Assembly (NCBI GenBank): GCA_002753335.1
Contig: PEAD01000011.1
Location: 1-64,000 of the forward strand
DNA from: Nitrospirae bacterium MYbin3
Lineage (GTDB): Bacteria; Nitrospirota; Thermodesulfovibrionia; Thermodesulfovibrionales; Dissulfurispiraceae
Direction of reading: 5' to 3'
DNA length: 64,000 nucleotides
Shown here piece by piece: positions 1-9,287 of this stretch. The stretch's first letter is position 1, and every line of letters begins with the position of its first letter. The notes under the pieces were generated by a model, which was given only the letters and a program-made list of their open reading frames with translations, had not been told where the DNA came from and searched no databases. Position numbers and translations under genes: made by a program.

Positions 1-216
1 AAAATCGAGGTGAAAAATGTTGACTTAAAAATGCGGAAGAAATAAGATAAATAAAATGGTGGTCTCGATTATCTGGGATTGAATTGGTCTCGGTTACTTG
101 GGACGTGACAAATACATATGTAATGAAAAAGAACGACCAAAAGCAAAGAAACTTTTCTGCATAAATTTCTTATAAATAGTCATACTATTCGATCTCAGCA
201 AATCACAAGAAAAATA

Positions 217-335
217 TGACACTCTCTGGCTGAAGGCAGGAGTTATCTGAAAAACTGGCCGACTCCAGGAATACCGCTCTTCGCTCTGCGACATTCATCC
301 CCATTCTTAAAAGACTTGGAATTTTCTGACGCTCT
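217..335 (-). mobile_element. Possible degenerate IS200/IS605-derived non-autonomous element (ends only)
   Basis: Minus strand reads gagcgtcagaaaattccaagtcttttaagaatggggatgaatgtcgc...cagataactcctgccttcagccagagagtgtca, two imperfect hairpins reminiscent of IS200/IS605 left and right ends; no tnpA/tnpB between them. Confidence 0.3.
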
Positions 336-359
336 TGATAAATTAAAATGAGGATAACT

Positions 360-2305
360 GTAGAGTAGAGGGCTGGCGCGGTAGTATAGCACCCCGTTTC
401 CAGTCCCCCCTCATCAATTCCGTACGTTCGGTTTTCCCGAATACGGCTTTCCGATTATCTTCTTCCAGAAGTCTTCGCAGACTGAATCCATGGAGGTGTC
501 GTCGGTACTTCATAGACGCCTAAAGTTTCGAAGTAATACTTGTTCGGATAAGCCGAATATCCAAAACTTCGATAGTGGTGTTTCCGACGCAAGTATACCC
601 GAATCCTATAGACCAGATAGCTTCTCAAAGATGACAAGGCTTTTGTACAGTTTCCATATCGAAAGTAACATACCCATCCCCTGGCGACTTCATTGGCTCT
701 CCGGATTACCTCTTCGGTCGGCACTGTACTGTATCGCTCAGATGTCAGTTGTTTGATTTTTGAGCGTACATTCTTCAGTGCCTTTTTCGATGGCTCGGTG
801 AGAGGAAATGGACGTCCGCTATTCATTCCCCTGCGCATTTTTATGCTGAACCCCAAAAAGGCAAAGCTCTCTTGCCATGCATCCACGACTCGAGTCTTCT
901 CCTCATTCAGGGATAGCCCAAGCTCATTGAGAACCGTAGTCATCCCTTTCAGTATCCTCTCGGCATTGCCTTTGCACAGTACTACAGCATCATCGGCATA
1001 GCGCACGAGTCTCGCCCCCAGTCTTTCCTGTACTTTTTTGACCGCCCACAGCGTATCAAGTACGTTCAGATATATGTTGGCAAGCAACGGAGATATTACC
1101 CCGCCCTGCGGTGTTCCCTTGTCGTTCCCCTTGTATTCCGTCTTCCCATCCTCACGCTCTTCAACAATCGGAGCTCTCAGCCACATTTTGATAAGATTCA
1201 ATATCTGCTTATCCACAATGCGTTTGGCTACCAGTTGCATCAGCTTGTCATGAGGTATTGTGTCGAAGTACTTTGAGATGTCGGCATCAATTACATCTGT
1301 TTTGCCTTTATTAAGGTGCTTTGTTACATCGGCCACCGCCTGATGGGCGCTCCGCTTCGGTCTGAATCCGTAAGAGTTGTCCTGAAAGTCAGCTTCAAAT
1401 ATAGGTTCGATTACAATCTTTACGGCCATCTGTACTACCCTGTCCTTGATTACCGGAATCCCCAGCGGCCTTTTACCTCCGTTTGCCTTCGGGATATATA
1501 CCCTTCGGACTGCTTGAGGCTTGTAGCATTTTCGCTTCAGTTCTTCCGCAATCTCTTGAAGATACTTCTGGACTCCTCCGTCTCGTTCCTCTATGCTCTC
1601 AAAGGTCTCTCCGTCTATTCCCGGCGCCCCTTTGTTCGCTTTGACAAGTCCATAGGCATGGCTCAGGATGTCCTGCCTGTATACCTTGTCATACAGAAGA
1701 TAGAAACGATACTCTTTTTCCTGCTTGGCTTTCCGGTATAGTTTCCTCTGAAGTTCCCGAATCTTTTCTGGAGTTTTCAGCACTATGTGCAATCCCCTTT
1801 CCTTTGCTTCTTCGAAAACATGATAAAAGTATTGCCCCTTCCCTCTCCCGAGGTTATGTTGTCCTTTGGGGATTATATCGGTACTATGGGCAAATCCGAC
1901 TCCCTTTCCGACCCCGTGGACTTTCGTTTCCTTATATCCACCGGTTTGTCTTTCCTGTAAGACATCGGCAAGGGTCTCCCGTGCTCATCGTCGTATGGCT
2001 GCCCCTGCGTGTCACCCCTGATACCCCGGAAGTTCATCTATCGGTTACGGTAGTTATGGTCAGGATAGATGCGGCGGTCTTCCCCTTTGTAGAACAGGGT
2101 CGACAACTCCATTTTATGTTTCGAGGCTACATCTGGGTTCGCGCTCGCTGCGACCCGCAGGCTTGCTCAGCTCCCTATAGAAGCCTTTGTCAGAAAACTT
2201 AGCGCTTCAGGTTGCCCCTTGCACCTTCCTCAAGCTACGTGGGTGAGCTACCGAACTCCCACGGTCGGACTTCAACCGACTAGTCATACGTTTTGCACGG
2301 CATAC
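360..2305 (-). mobile_element. Group II intron (full length)
   Basis: 5' end GTATGCCGTG at 2305; EBS1 loop TCTACAAA (2093-2086) complementary to 5' exon end TTTGTAGA (2313-2306); domain V AGCCGTATTCGGGAAAACCGAACGTACGG and domain VI ending CTACTCTAC at 360; encodes RT/maturase. Confidence 0.92.
455..1792 (-). CDS. ltrA: Group II intron reverse transcriptase/maturase, no endonuclease domain
   Basis: RT0 (NKGAPGIDG), [21 protein letters not shown] catalytic motif, thumb/X domain; 445 aa, no HNH tail. Confidence 0.95.
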   Translation of the reverse strand: MHIVLKTPEKIRELQRKLYRKAKQEKEYRFYLLYDKVYRQDILSHAYGLVKANKGAPGIDGETFESIEERDGGVQKYLQEIAEELKRKCYKPQAVRRVYIPKANGGKRPLGIPVIKDRVVQMAVKIVIEPIFEADFQDNSYGFRPKRSAHQAVADVTKHLNKGKTDVIDADISKYFDTIPHDKLMQLVAKRIVDKQILNLIKMWLRAPIVEEREDGKTEYKGNDKGTPQGGVISPLLANIYLNVLDTLWAVKKVQERLGARLVRYADDAVVLCKGNAERILKGMTTVLNELGLSLNEEKTRVVDAWQESFAFLGFSIKMRRGMNSGRPFPLTEPSKKALKNVRSKIKQLTSERYSTVPTEEVIRRANEVARGWVCYFRYGNCTKALSSLRSYLVYRIRVYLRRKHHYRSFGYSAYPNKYYFETLGVYEVPTTPPWIQSAKTSGRR

Positions 2306-2362
2306 TCTACAAATTCGCACTATTAGCCCATATTCAATTATTAGAATTACCGAAGGAAAGTG

Positions 2363-2452
2363 AGATAACGAAGACGGGCAACCTGCCGCCGCCACTGAAC
2401 TATGATCGAAGAACGCAGCTCCCGGCGATCATGTTGACCCGTTTTTTTGTGT
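2363..2452 (-). repeat. attC-like integron recombination site (degenerate R'')
   Basis: Right after the 2454 stop: R'' ACACAAA, spacer AAAAC, L'' GGGTCAAC ... L' GTTGCCC, spacer GTCTTC, R' GTTATCT; inner arms pair. Confidence 0.65.
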
Positions 2453-2453
2453 A

Positions 2454-3152
2454 TTATTTCTTTATGCTTGCTTGAACAAAAGATTTTATTATTGGATGTG
2501 GCAAATCAGGTGTTGAATTTACCTGCGGAACAAATAGGGTCGCCAGAAAAAATTTATTCTTTGAAATTTCAATAATTCTTATTTCTCCATCAGAATCAAC
2601 CCCTGAAACAAGTAGATCAGGGTGCATTATATTTCCTTTGAATTCTGGATTTATCCCAAAATTACAGTAATAATTTTCTTCAGTCTCGTTTGCTCCGTAA
2701 CAGCGTGCAGCTAATGAACCAGATTGCAAACGAACTTTCATTCGTAAGCCAGCAAGGGAACATGCAAGCCGATTAATGAAAAGCTGTGAAGACGTTGGCC
2801 CGTATTCTTCATGTTGTGCATTGGTAAATCCAAGGACATTGCGTGCAAATTCCACCACAGTATGCTGAAATCCAGCACACGTGCCAAGATGTGGAATATT
2901 GTTTACGCGGGCAAATTTAATTGCCTTTATCGCTCCGTCCAAGCTTTTAAAAGGACTTCCGGGAGCAGACCAAATTCCCGCAAATTTTTTCAATAATTCT
3001 TCACTTTCCTTTTTGATTCTCTCCGTTTCAATCCATTCATAATCGAAGTCGAGTCCAGCCCTATCCCGAACATGCTCAAGAGCCTCATTAAGAGCTATAT
3101 GCGGCTTGAAATCGGGATAATATTCTCCAATTATTCCTAAATGTTTCATCAT
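2454..3152 (-). CDS. Stand-alone CTP synthase C-terminal-like glutamine amidotransferase (cassette gene)
   Basis: PGSP oxyanion loop, LGTCAGFQH nucleophile elbow, YYCNFG, FFLATLFVPQ. Confidence 0.8.
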   Translation of the reverse strand: MMKHLGIIGEYYPDFKPHIALNEALEHVRDRAGLDFDYEWIETERIKKESEELLKKFAGIWSAPGSPFKSLDGAIKAIKFARVNNIPHLGTCAGFQHTVVEFARNVLGFTNAQHEEYGPTSSQLFINRLACSLAGLRMKVRLQSGSLAARCYGANETEENYYCNFGINPEFKGNIMHPDLLVSGVDSDGEIRIIEISKNKFFLATLFVPQVNSTPDLPHPIIKSFVQASIKK

Positions 3153-3169
3153 GTCTTCCGGTTATTGAA

Positions 3170-3237
3170 GCACAACGCTTGAGGTCATGGGGATGTGGCA
3201 CAGTTTGCCACCGATCCCGTGGAGCGAATTGTTATAA
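3170..3237 (-). repeat. attC integron recombination site
   Basis: R'' TTATAAC (contains the thioesterase stop), AATTC, GCTCCAC, inner hairpin GGGATCGGTGGCAAACTGTGCCACATCCCC, R' GTTGTGC; 68 bp. Confidence 0.8.
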
Positions 3238-3663
3238 ACCTTTTTTTGTAAGTTTGTTTCTCATTTTTGAATCAAATTTCTCTTTATTTATCACAAATCG
3301 CTCATGTCTTCCACTTGTGATCAAATCCAAACCGTCATGAGCTTCCACCTCAAATAGTAGACGCCGTCCGTCAACCTCGATCAGTCGTACTTTTGCGGTT
3401 ACTTCAAAACCTGGTGGAGTCGCAGCTATATGACTCACATCAATATGTGTGCCGACAGTCTGTTCATGCGGCCAATCAAGATGGGGATTTATTGACTTTA
3501 TGCATGCCCACTCAAGAAGGCCTACCAGGTATCCGGTAGCAAACACTTCTGGCATTTCCTGAAATTCTTCTGATTCAGGATAGAGAGCAGGAACAATTTT
3601 GGATTCAGGAATATGAAAGGTAAATTCTGATTCGATGCCAGGCTTTATTGTAGCTTTCATCAA
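3232..3663 (-). CDS. Fluoroacetyl-CoA thioesterase (FlK)-like hotdog thioesterase (cassette gene)
   Basis: VFATGYLVGLLEWAC, TVGTHIDVSHIAATPPG, GRHERFVI motifs. Confidence 0.85.
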   Translation of the reverse strand: MMKATIKPGIESEFTFHIPESKIVPALYPESEEFQEMPEVFATGYLVGLLEWACIKSINPHLDWPHEQTVGTHIDVSHIAATPPGFEVTAKVRLIEVDGRRLLFEVEAHDGLDLITSGRHERFVINKEKFDSKMRNKLTKKGL

Positions 3664-3962
3664 TATGTCCTTTTACTCATAATAGGTATTTTAATATTTC
3701 TTCTACATTTGCATTTTGCATAATTCTATCCAGACTTACAAGAATTATCAATACCGTTTACACACAAAAAATAGATACAACTAAACTATCAAGCAACTTT
3801 TTGTTTGACCTTTACTCTTCGGTATAATTTAGAGCATAGTTTATTACCGCTCGAAACTCTCAGCGTATTGTGTTACTGAGTCGGTAGGAGGAAGACATCG
3901 ATTTGTCGCTAACCTTAACTCTGTAACAGTTTTATACGCACTATCACCTCTCAGCAAATATT

Positions 3963-4328
3963 TCACGCTGAAAAAGCTTTCTTAGAGTTAGGCTTTTCGC
4001 CAGAAGACAGCGCATTCAGTCGCTCAATAGTGTCCGGATATTTTCTAACTAGCAGAATTAATGCCGCTGCCTGCATATTGGGTCTTGAAATGCCCTGTTC
4101 CCATTTTTCCAGCGTGCGTGGAGATACGCAGAGTTGATGAGCAAAAACTGTACGCGAGAGATTCAACCTATCACGTACTGCCCGTATAATTTTAGGTGTC
4201 ACGGACGGGGTGAATTGCCCTTCAATCTTGTATGTGCGTAGAGTGACCTTTCCCTTGCCGTGCTGCTTAATCTCTTCTATACCCTGCTTCAGTTCCATAA
4301 ATAAATTTCTCTTGTTCATATGTTCCAC
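3963..4328 (-). CDS. higA: HigA-like XRE HTH antitoxin
   Basis: HTH IRAVRDRLNLSRTVFAHQLCVSPRTLEKWEQG; overlaps the toxin gene downstream end. Confidence 0.85.
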   Translation of the reverse strand: MEHMNKRNLFMELKQGIEEIKQHGKGKVTLRTYKIEGQFTPSVTPKIIRAVRDRLNLSRTVFAHQLCVSPRTLEKWEQGISRPNMQAAALILLVRKYPDTIERLNALSSGEKPNSKKAFSA

Positions 4329-4633
4329 TCCTCCACTAATTTCCTAAGGGCCTTGCATTCTTCAGGCCCCAAACTTGTGACTTCATTCTTAGCGTAAAGG
4401 GTAAGCAGGTAAATCCGGTCAACTGCAGAGTGAAAATAATAGATGATTCTCACTCCTGACCGCTTGCCCTTGCCTTTGGACTTCCATCGCGCTTTTCTTA
4501 ATCCGCCTGTCCCCTGCATAATATTTCCATCGACTGGGTTAGCAGCAAGATACGTTTGAAAATCCTTGTACTCCTCGTCCGACAAGTAATCAGGAAGTAG
4601 GCGAGTGAATATTTTTGTTTCGACGAAGAGCAT
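4316..4633 (-). CDS. higB: RelE/HigB-family toxin
   Basis: FVETKIF, GTGGLRKARW, GKGKRSGVRIIYY, LLTLYAKNE; toxin-first order. Confidence 0.88.
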   Translation of the reverse strand: MLFVETKIFTRLLPDYLSDEEYKDFQTYLAANPVDGNIMQGTGGLRKARWKSKGKGKRSGVRIIYYFHSAVDRIYLLTLYAKNEVTSLGPEECKALRKLVEEWNI

Positions 4634-4638
4634 ACACT

Positions 4639-4667
4639 AGTATACCCAAATAGCGTATAGTTTGCAA
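4639..4667 (-). promoter_or_regulatory. sigma70 promoter of the TA operon (probably leaderless)
   Basis: TTGCAA-17-TATACT then 5 nt to ATG; imperfect TATAC...GTATA inverted repeat over the spacer. Confidence 0.65.
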
Positions 4668-4863
4668 GTCGCTATCAATATCGAGGTGGCGACGAAACGC
4701 TTGCAGGTCATTTATTCCGAGTATAAACCTTGATAACTGGTGATCGTTATGCCGATGAAAATTGCAGGAAGAAATTTTTAGCAAAAAAATGGGCCGGGTC
4801 TATTTTATTGTTTAGGCCATTTTGTGTCATTCAGAGTGAAGAGAAAAATCTCATCTTAAGGAT

Positions 4864-5066
4864 ATACTGGCGACACAATTCAGCGCGATGGGGATAAGTT
4901 CCTGTAGTGAATGCGGAGTTTGAGTAAAAGTTCTTTGCGAAGAGACGCGTAAAACAGCCGTGAGTGTTTGAGGCTGCAGGCCGAGTTTCACGGCTGTAGC
5001 GGAGCGAGCATTTAGAACTTTCCAAACGCAGCGTGAATAATGAAGGGCGGTTGGCTCACGCAGTAT
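4864..5066. repeat. Long palindromic MITE/REP-like element
   Basis: Nested inverted repeats ACAGCCGTGA/TCACGGCTGT and AAAGTTCT/AGAACTTT, bounded by ATACTG...CAGTAT. Confidence 0.5.
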
Positions 5067-5113
5067 CACATCGTTCTTGTACAACTTCTTTATTTTTTTG
5101 TATCTTTAAACCT

Positions 5114-5965
5114 ATGCGTATTCCTGAATGGATTAAAACCGATTATAGCGGACAGCATTCCATAAAAAACTTTATGCGCGGCAAGCGCCTTACGACAGTA
5201 TGCGAAGAGGCGCGCTGTCCCAACCGGGGCTACTGCTTTTCTAAACCGACAGCTACCTTTATGATACTCGGCGATGTCTGCACGCGGAACTGCGGCTTTT
5301 GCGCTGTTGCTCATGGGACACCGAACACTCCGGACAAAGAAGAGCCGCAGAGGGTTGCCGAGGCTGTTTCTGAAATGGGACTGAAGTTTGTCGTAATCAC
5401 TTCAGTAACAAGGGATGACCTGCAGGATGGTGGTGCAAGCCACTTTGCAGAGACGATAAAGACAGTGAGAAAGCAGTGTCCTGATGTTAAAATCGAGGTG
5501 CTGACCCCTGACTTCAACGGCAGCGAAGCAGCGCTCCAAACAGTTCTTAATGCAAGGCCGGATGTTTTTAATCACAATATAGAAACCGTAAAAAGGCTTT
5601 ATTTCAAGGTTCGGCCGCAGGCCTATTATGAGCGTTCGCTTAAGTTTCTGAAAACAGTAAAACAGCTTGCGCTGCAGACTAAGACCAAATCAGGCTTTAT
5701 GGTTGGGCTGGGTGAAACGCGCGATGAAATATCCGGACTTCTGCGGGATTTAAGAGCGGCGCAATGTGATTTTCTGACAGTCGGACAGTATCTAAGGCCT
5801 GCAAAAAAAAATCTGGCTGTTGTAGAATACTTAAAACCGGGGGTCTTCGAAAGCATAAAAGAAGAGGCCCTTTTGCTCGGTTTTGAGTTTGCGGCTTCAG
5901 GCCCGCTGGTCAGAAGTTCTATGAACGCCGAAGAAATGTATGAAGGAGGATTCAAAAATGTTTGA
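5114..5965 (+). CDS. lipA: Lipoyl synthase
   Basis: [12 protein letters not shown] and CTRNCGFC motifs, PLVRSS; start moved to MRIPEW. Confidence 0.95.
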   Translation: MRIPEWIKTDYSGQHSIKNFMRGKRLTTVCEEARCPNRGYCFSKPTATFMILGDVCTRNCGFCAVAHGTPNTPDKEEPQRVAEAVSEMGLKFVVITSVTRDDLQDGGASHFAETIKTVRKQCPDVKIEVLTPDFNGSEAALQTVLNARPDVFNHNIETVKRLYFKVRPQAYYERSLKFLKTVKQLALQTKTKSGFMVGLGETRDEISGLLRDLRAAQCDFLTVGQYLRPAKKNLAVVEYLKPGVFESIKEEALLLGFEFAASGPLVRSSMNAEEMYEGGFKNV

Positions 5966-7139
5966 ATTTAACAGAATAAAAAGGCTGCCTCCCTATGTGT
6001 TTGCGATAGTGAACACCTTAAAGATGGAATATCGCAGAAAGGGTGAAGACATCATAGACCTCGGCATGGGCAATCCTGACATGCCTACACCCAAGCATAT
6101 CGTTGACAAGCTGACAGAGGCGGCGAACAATCCCAAAAACCACCGCTACTCAGCATCTAAAGGTATTACCCAGCTTCGCGTTGCGATAACCGAATGGTAC
6201 AAACGCCGCTATGACGTTGACCTTGACCCTGAAACAGAGGCGGTTGTCACTATCGGTTCAAAGGAAGGCTTGTCGCACCTTGCTCTGGCGACCATACAGC
6301 CCGGAGATGTAGTAATTACGCCTACTCCGGCATATCCTATACATCCCTACAGCGTTATAATCGCGGGCGGCGAAGTAACGAGCGTGCCGATAGGACCCGG
6401 AATAGATTTTTTCAGCGAGCTTGACAGGGCGCTTAAAAAGACATGGCCTAGACCCAAGATGCTGATACTCAACTTCCCGCACAACCCAACTACGACTGTG
6501 GTCCACGGCCTCGATTTTTTTACAAAGATTGTTGACTTTGCGAGAGAAAACAACATTATCGTACTTCAAGATTTTGCTTACGCTGACCTGACCTTTGACG
6601 AATACAAGGCGCCAAGCATACTTCAGGTGCCGGGCGCAAAGGATGTGGCTGTAGAGTTTTTTTCGCTCACAAAAAGCTATTCGATGGCTGGATGGCGCGT
6701 AGGCTTCTGCTGCGGCAACAAAGAGGTGGTGGGCGCGCTTATAAAAATTAAAAGTTATCTGGACTATGGGATGTTCCAGCCTATACAGATAGCGAGCATC
6801 GTGGCTCTGCGCGGCCCGCAGGACTGCGTTCAGGATATACGAAAAACATACGAATCGCGCAGGAATGTCCTCATAAAAGGTTTGAACCAGGCTGGATGGA
6901 ATGTTCCGCCTCCGCAGGCAACCATGTTCGTCTGGGCCGAGATACCGGAGCAGTTCAAAAAAATGGGTTCGCTTGAATTCGCCAAATTCCTTATCGCAGA
7001 GGCTGGCGTGGCGGTTGCGCCCGGCATAGGCTTTGGTGAGGACGGCGACAGCTTTGTAAGGTTCGCGCTGGTCGAAAACGAACACAGGATAAAGCAGGCG
7101 GCAAAGGGAATTAAAAAAGCACTGAACAAAGGAGCTTAG
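5958..7139 (+). CDS. PLP-dependent class I/II aminotransferase (AlaC / LL-DAP aminotransferase-like)
   Basis: [41 protein letters not shown] before ATG 5958. Confidence 0.88.
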   Translation: MFEFNRIKRLPPYVFAIVNTLKMEYRRKGEDIIDLGMGNPDMPTPKHIVDKLTEAANNPKNHRYSASKGITQLRVAITEWYKRRYDVDLDPETEAVVTIGSKEGLSHLALATIQPGDVVITPTPAYPIHPYSVIIAGGEVTSVPIGPGIDFFSELDRALKKTWPRPKMLILNFPHNPTTTVVHGLDFFTKIVDFARENNIIVLQDFAYADLTFDEYKAPSILQVPGAKDVAVEFFSLTKSYSMAGWRVGFCCGNKEVVGALIKIKSYLDYGMFQPIQIASIVALRGPQDCVQDIRKTYESRRNVLIKGLNQAGWNVPPPQATMFVWAEIPEQFKKMGSLEFAKFLIAEAGVAVAPGIGFGEDGDSFVRFALVENEHRIKQAAKGIKKALNKGA

Positions 7140-7143
7140 AGTA

Positions 7144-8454
7144 ATGGCTAAAAACAAAATTAATGTTGGCATAATCGGTTTCGGCACGGTAGGCACCGGC
7201 ACCGCAAAAATTCTGCTCGAAAACGCATCGATAATAAAAATGCGGACAGGCTTTGACATAGTCCTGAAAAAGATTGCTGATCTCGATATTACAAGGGACA
7301 GGGGAATAAAGGTGCCAGAAGGTGTATTGACAACCGATGCAAAAGCCCTGTTAAACGACCCTGAAATTGACATAGTGGTCGAGTTGATGGGCGGCATAAG
7401 GCCGGCAAAAGATTTTATGCTTCAGGCGATAAAAAACAAAAAGCATGTGGTGACCGCAAACAAAGCTTTGCTTGCAACCGAAGGCAGAGATATTTTTGCT
7501 GAAGCGGCCAATAATGGCGTAGAGATAGGGTTTGAGGCCTCTGTGGCCGGAGGAATCCCTATTATCAAGGTTGTGCGTGAAGGGCTGACCGCGAATAATA
7601 TAACCGCGGTTTACGGCATCATAAACGGAACCTGCAACTATATCCTGACCAAGATGACGAACGAAAAGGCCGAATTTTCGGACACGCTTAAAGAAGCTCA
7701 GAAACTAGGATACGCCGAGGCTGACCCAACTTTTGACATAGAAGGAATAGACACGGCGCACAAACTCACAATTTTGGCGTCTCTCGCATACGGAATCCCG
7801 CTTTCCTTCGCCAAGGTTTATACCGAAGGCATAACAAAGATAACCGCTCAGGACATCGAATTCGCATCCGAACTCGGATACAAAATAAAACTGCTCGCTA
7901 TCGCAAAAATATCGGACGGAGGCATAGAACTGCGCGTACACCCTACGATGCTTCCGGAAGACTACATGATAGCGAAAGTTGAAGGAGTATTCAATGCGGT
8001 ATTCGTAGAAGGCGACGCCGTGGGTTCAACACTGTACTACGGCCGGGGGGCTGGAGACCTGCCCACAGGAAGCGCGGTTGTTGCCGACATTATCGACATA
8101 GCCCGCAACATCGTAAATGGAGGAGTCTTGAGGGTGCGCGGCATCTCTCCTGACTCAAAAGATGCGGGAGTAATAAAAAAGATTGAAGATATCGAAAGCT
8201 CTTACTACTTCAGGTTCTCGGCTTTTGACCAGCCGGGCGTTCTTTCAAAAATAGCCGGAGTTTTCGGAGGCTACAACATCAGTATAAAATCGGTAATACA
8301 AAAAGGCCGGAGAATCGGCGGTTCGGTGCCGCTTGTGGTGCTTACCCACACCGCAAAGGAAAAGGATGTTTTAAGCGCTTTAAAAGAGATTGAGTCTCTT
8401 AATGCTGTTTCTGATAAAACAATTGTTATAAGAGTTGAAGGCAAAGAGGGATGA
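7144..8454 (+). CDS. hom: Homoserine dehydrogenase with ACT domain
   Basis: GFGTVG, VVTANKA, FEASVAGGIP, GYAEADP, C-terminal ACT. Confidence 0.95.
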   Translation: MAKNKINVGIIGFGTVGTGTAKILLENASIIKMRTGFDIVLKKIADLDITRDRGIKVPEGVLTTDAKALLNDPEIDIVVELMGGIRPAKDFMLQAIKNKKHVVTANKALLATEGRDIFAEAANNGVEIGFEASVAGGIPIIKVVREGLTANNITAVYGIINGTCNYILTKMTNEKAEFSDTLKEAQKLGYAEADPTFDIEGIDTAHKLTILASLAYGIPLSFAKVYTEGITKITAQDIEFASELGYKIKLLAIAKISDGGIELRVHPTMLPEDYMIAKVEGVFNAVFVEGDAVGSTLYYGRGAGDLPTGSAVVADIIDIARNIVNGGVLRVRGISPDSKDAGVIKKIEDIESSYYFRFSAFDQPGVLSKIAGVFGGYNISIKSVIQKGRRIGGSVPLVVLTHTAKEKDVLSALKEIESLNAVSDKTIVIRVEGKEG

Positions 8455-9254
8455 ACAGCTTCACCGAGGAACAGCTCCACCGCTACAACCGGCATATAAT
8501 ACTGCCTGAGGTCGGAGCAAAGGGGCAGCTTAAACTTCTTAACACCAAAGTGTTCATTGTAGGAGCGGGAGGGCTTGGATGTCCTGTAGGATATTACCTT
8601 GCTGCAGCCGGAGTTGGAACAATCGCTCTTATGGACAACGACACCGTAGAGATAAGCAACCTTCAAAGACAGATAGCTCACAGTACCAAGACTATAGGCA
8701 TGCATAAAGTGGATTCTGCCAAAGCAACTTTTGAGTCCCTCAATCCGGATGTAAAAATCATCGGCATAAAAGAGAGAATCAACAAAGATAATATTTTAGA
8801 CCTCTTCCGCGATTATGATATCGTTGTTGACGGAAGCGATAATTTTCCAACCCGATACTTAATCAATGACGCCTGCGTTATGCTGAAAAAAACTCTTGTA
8901 AGCGGCGCCATACTTAGGTTTGAAGGACAGGTCACAACGATTGTTCCGGGCGAAGGGCATTGCTACCGCTGTTTGTTTGAGGAGATGCCGCCTGCCGGAT
9001 TGGTGCCTACTTGCCAAGAAGCAGGTGTCATAGGAGCGATTCCGGGAGTTGTAGGAGCGCTTCAGGCGATGGAAGTAACAAAAGCTATTCTTGGAAAAGG
9101 CGATTTACTGAAAAACGAACTCCTGATTTATGATGCTCTTAAGGCCAGTTTTAGGAAGGTCAAAATCCCTAAAAATCCTGACTGCCCTGTTTGCGGTCAT
9201 AATCCGACAATAACCAAGTTAACCGACGGGCCTGCCGAAGTCTGTAGAATCTGA
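8451..9254 (+). CDS. MoeB/ThiF-family sulfur-carrier adenylyltransferase
   Basis: RYNRHIILPEVG, GAGGLG, SNLQRQ, CYRC...CQEAG, CPVC. Confidence 0.9.
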   Translation: MNSFTEEQLHRYNRHIILPEVGAKGQLKLLNTKVFIVGAGGLGCPVGYYLAAAGVGTIALMDNDTVEISNLQRQIAHSTKTIGMHKVDSAKATFESLNPDVKIIGIKERINKDNILDLFRDYDIVVDGSDNFPTRYLINDACVMLKKTLVSGAILRFEGQVTTIVPGEGHCYRCLFEEMPPAGLVPTCQEAGVIGAIPGVVGALQAMEVTKAILGKGDLLKNELLIYDALKASFRKVKIPKNPDCPVCGHNPTITKLTDGPAEVCRI

Positions 9255-9287
9255 ACTCGTCGGCTCGATGCCTGTTTCTGTATCTTA

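Noticed and set aside
94..359. Host gene interrupted by the intron
   Set aside because: Joining the exons gave only short frames with no recognisable protein.
455..1792. RT as a retron, DGR, CRISPR-associated or defence RT
   Set aside because: It has RT0, a maturase domain and flanking domain V/VI RNA; no template/variable repeats or cas genes are present.
2316..2320. GTGCG (minus) as the intron 5' end
   Set aside because: EBS1-IBS1 complementarity places the boundary at 2305.
3714..3740. dif/Xer site (GCATAAT-TCTAT...)
   Set aside because: Only the left arm resembles dif, the XerD arm is absent, and the locus is near oriC.
6258..7397. Long antisense or overlapping ORFs (also 21869-22585, 26109-26789, 30901-31572, 32251-32649)
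   Set aside because: They are shadow frames of well-supported genes and have no motifs of their own.
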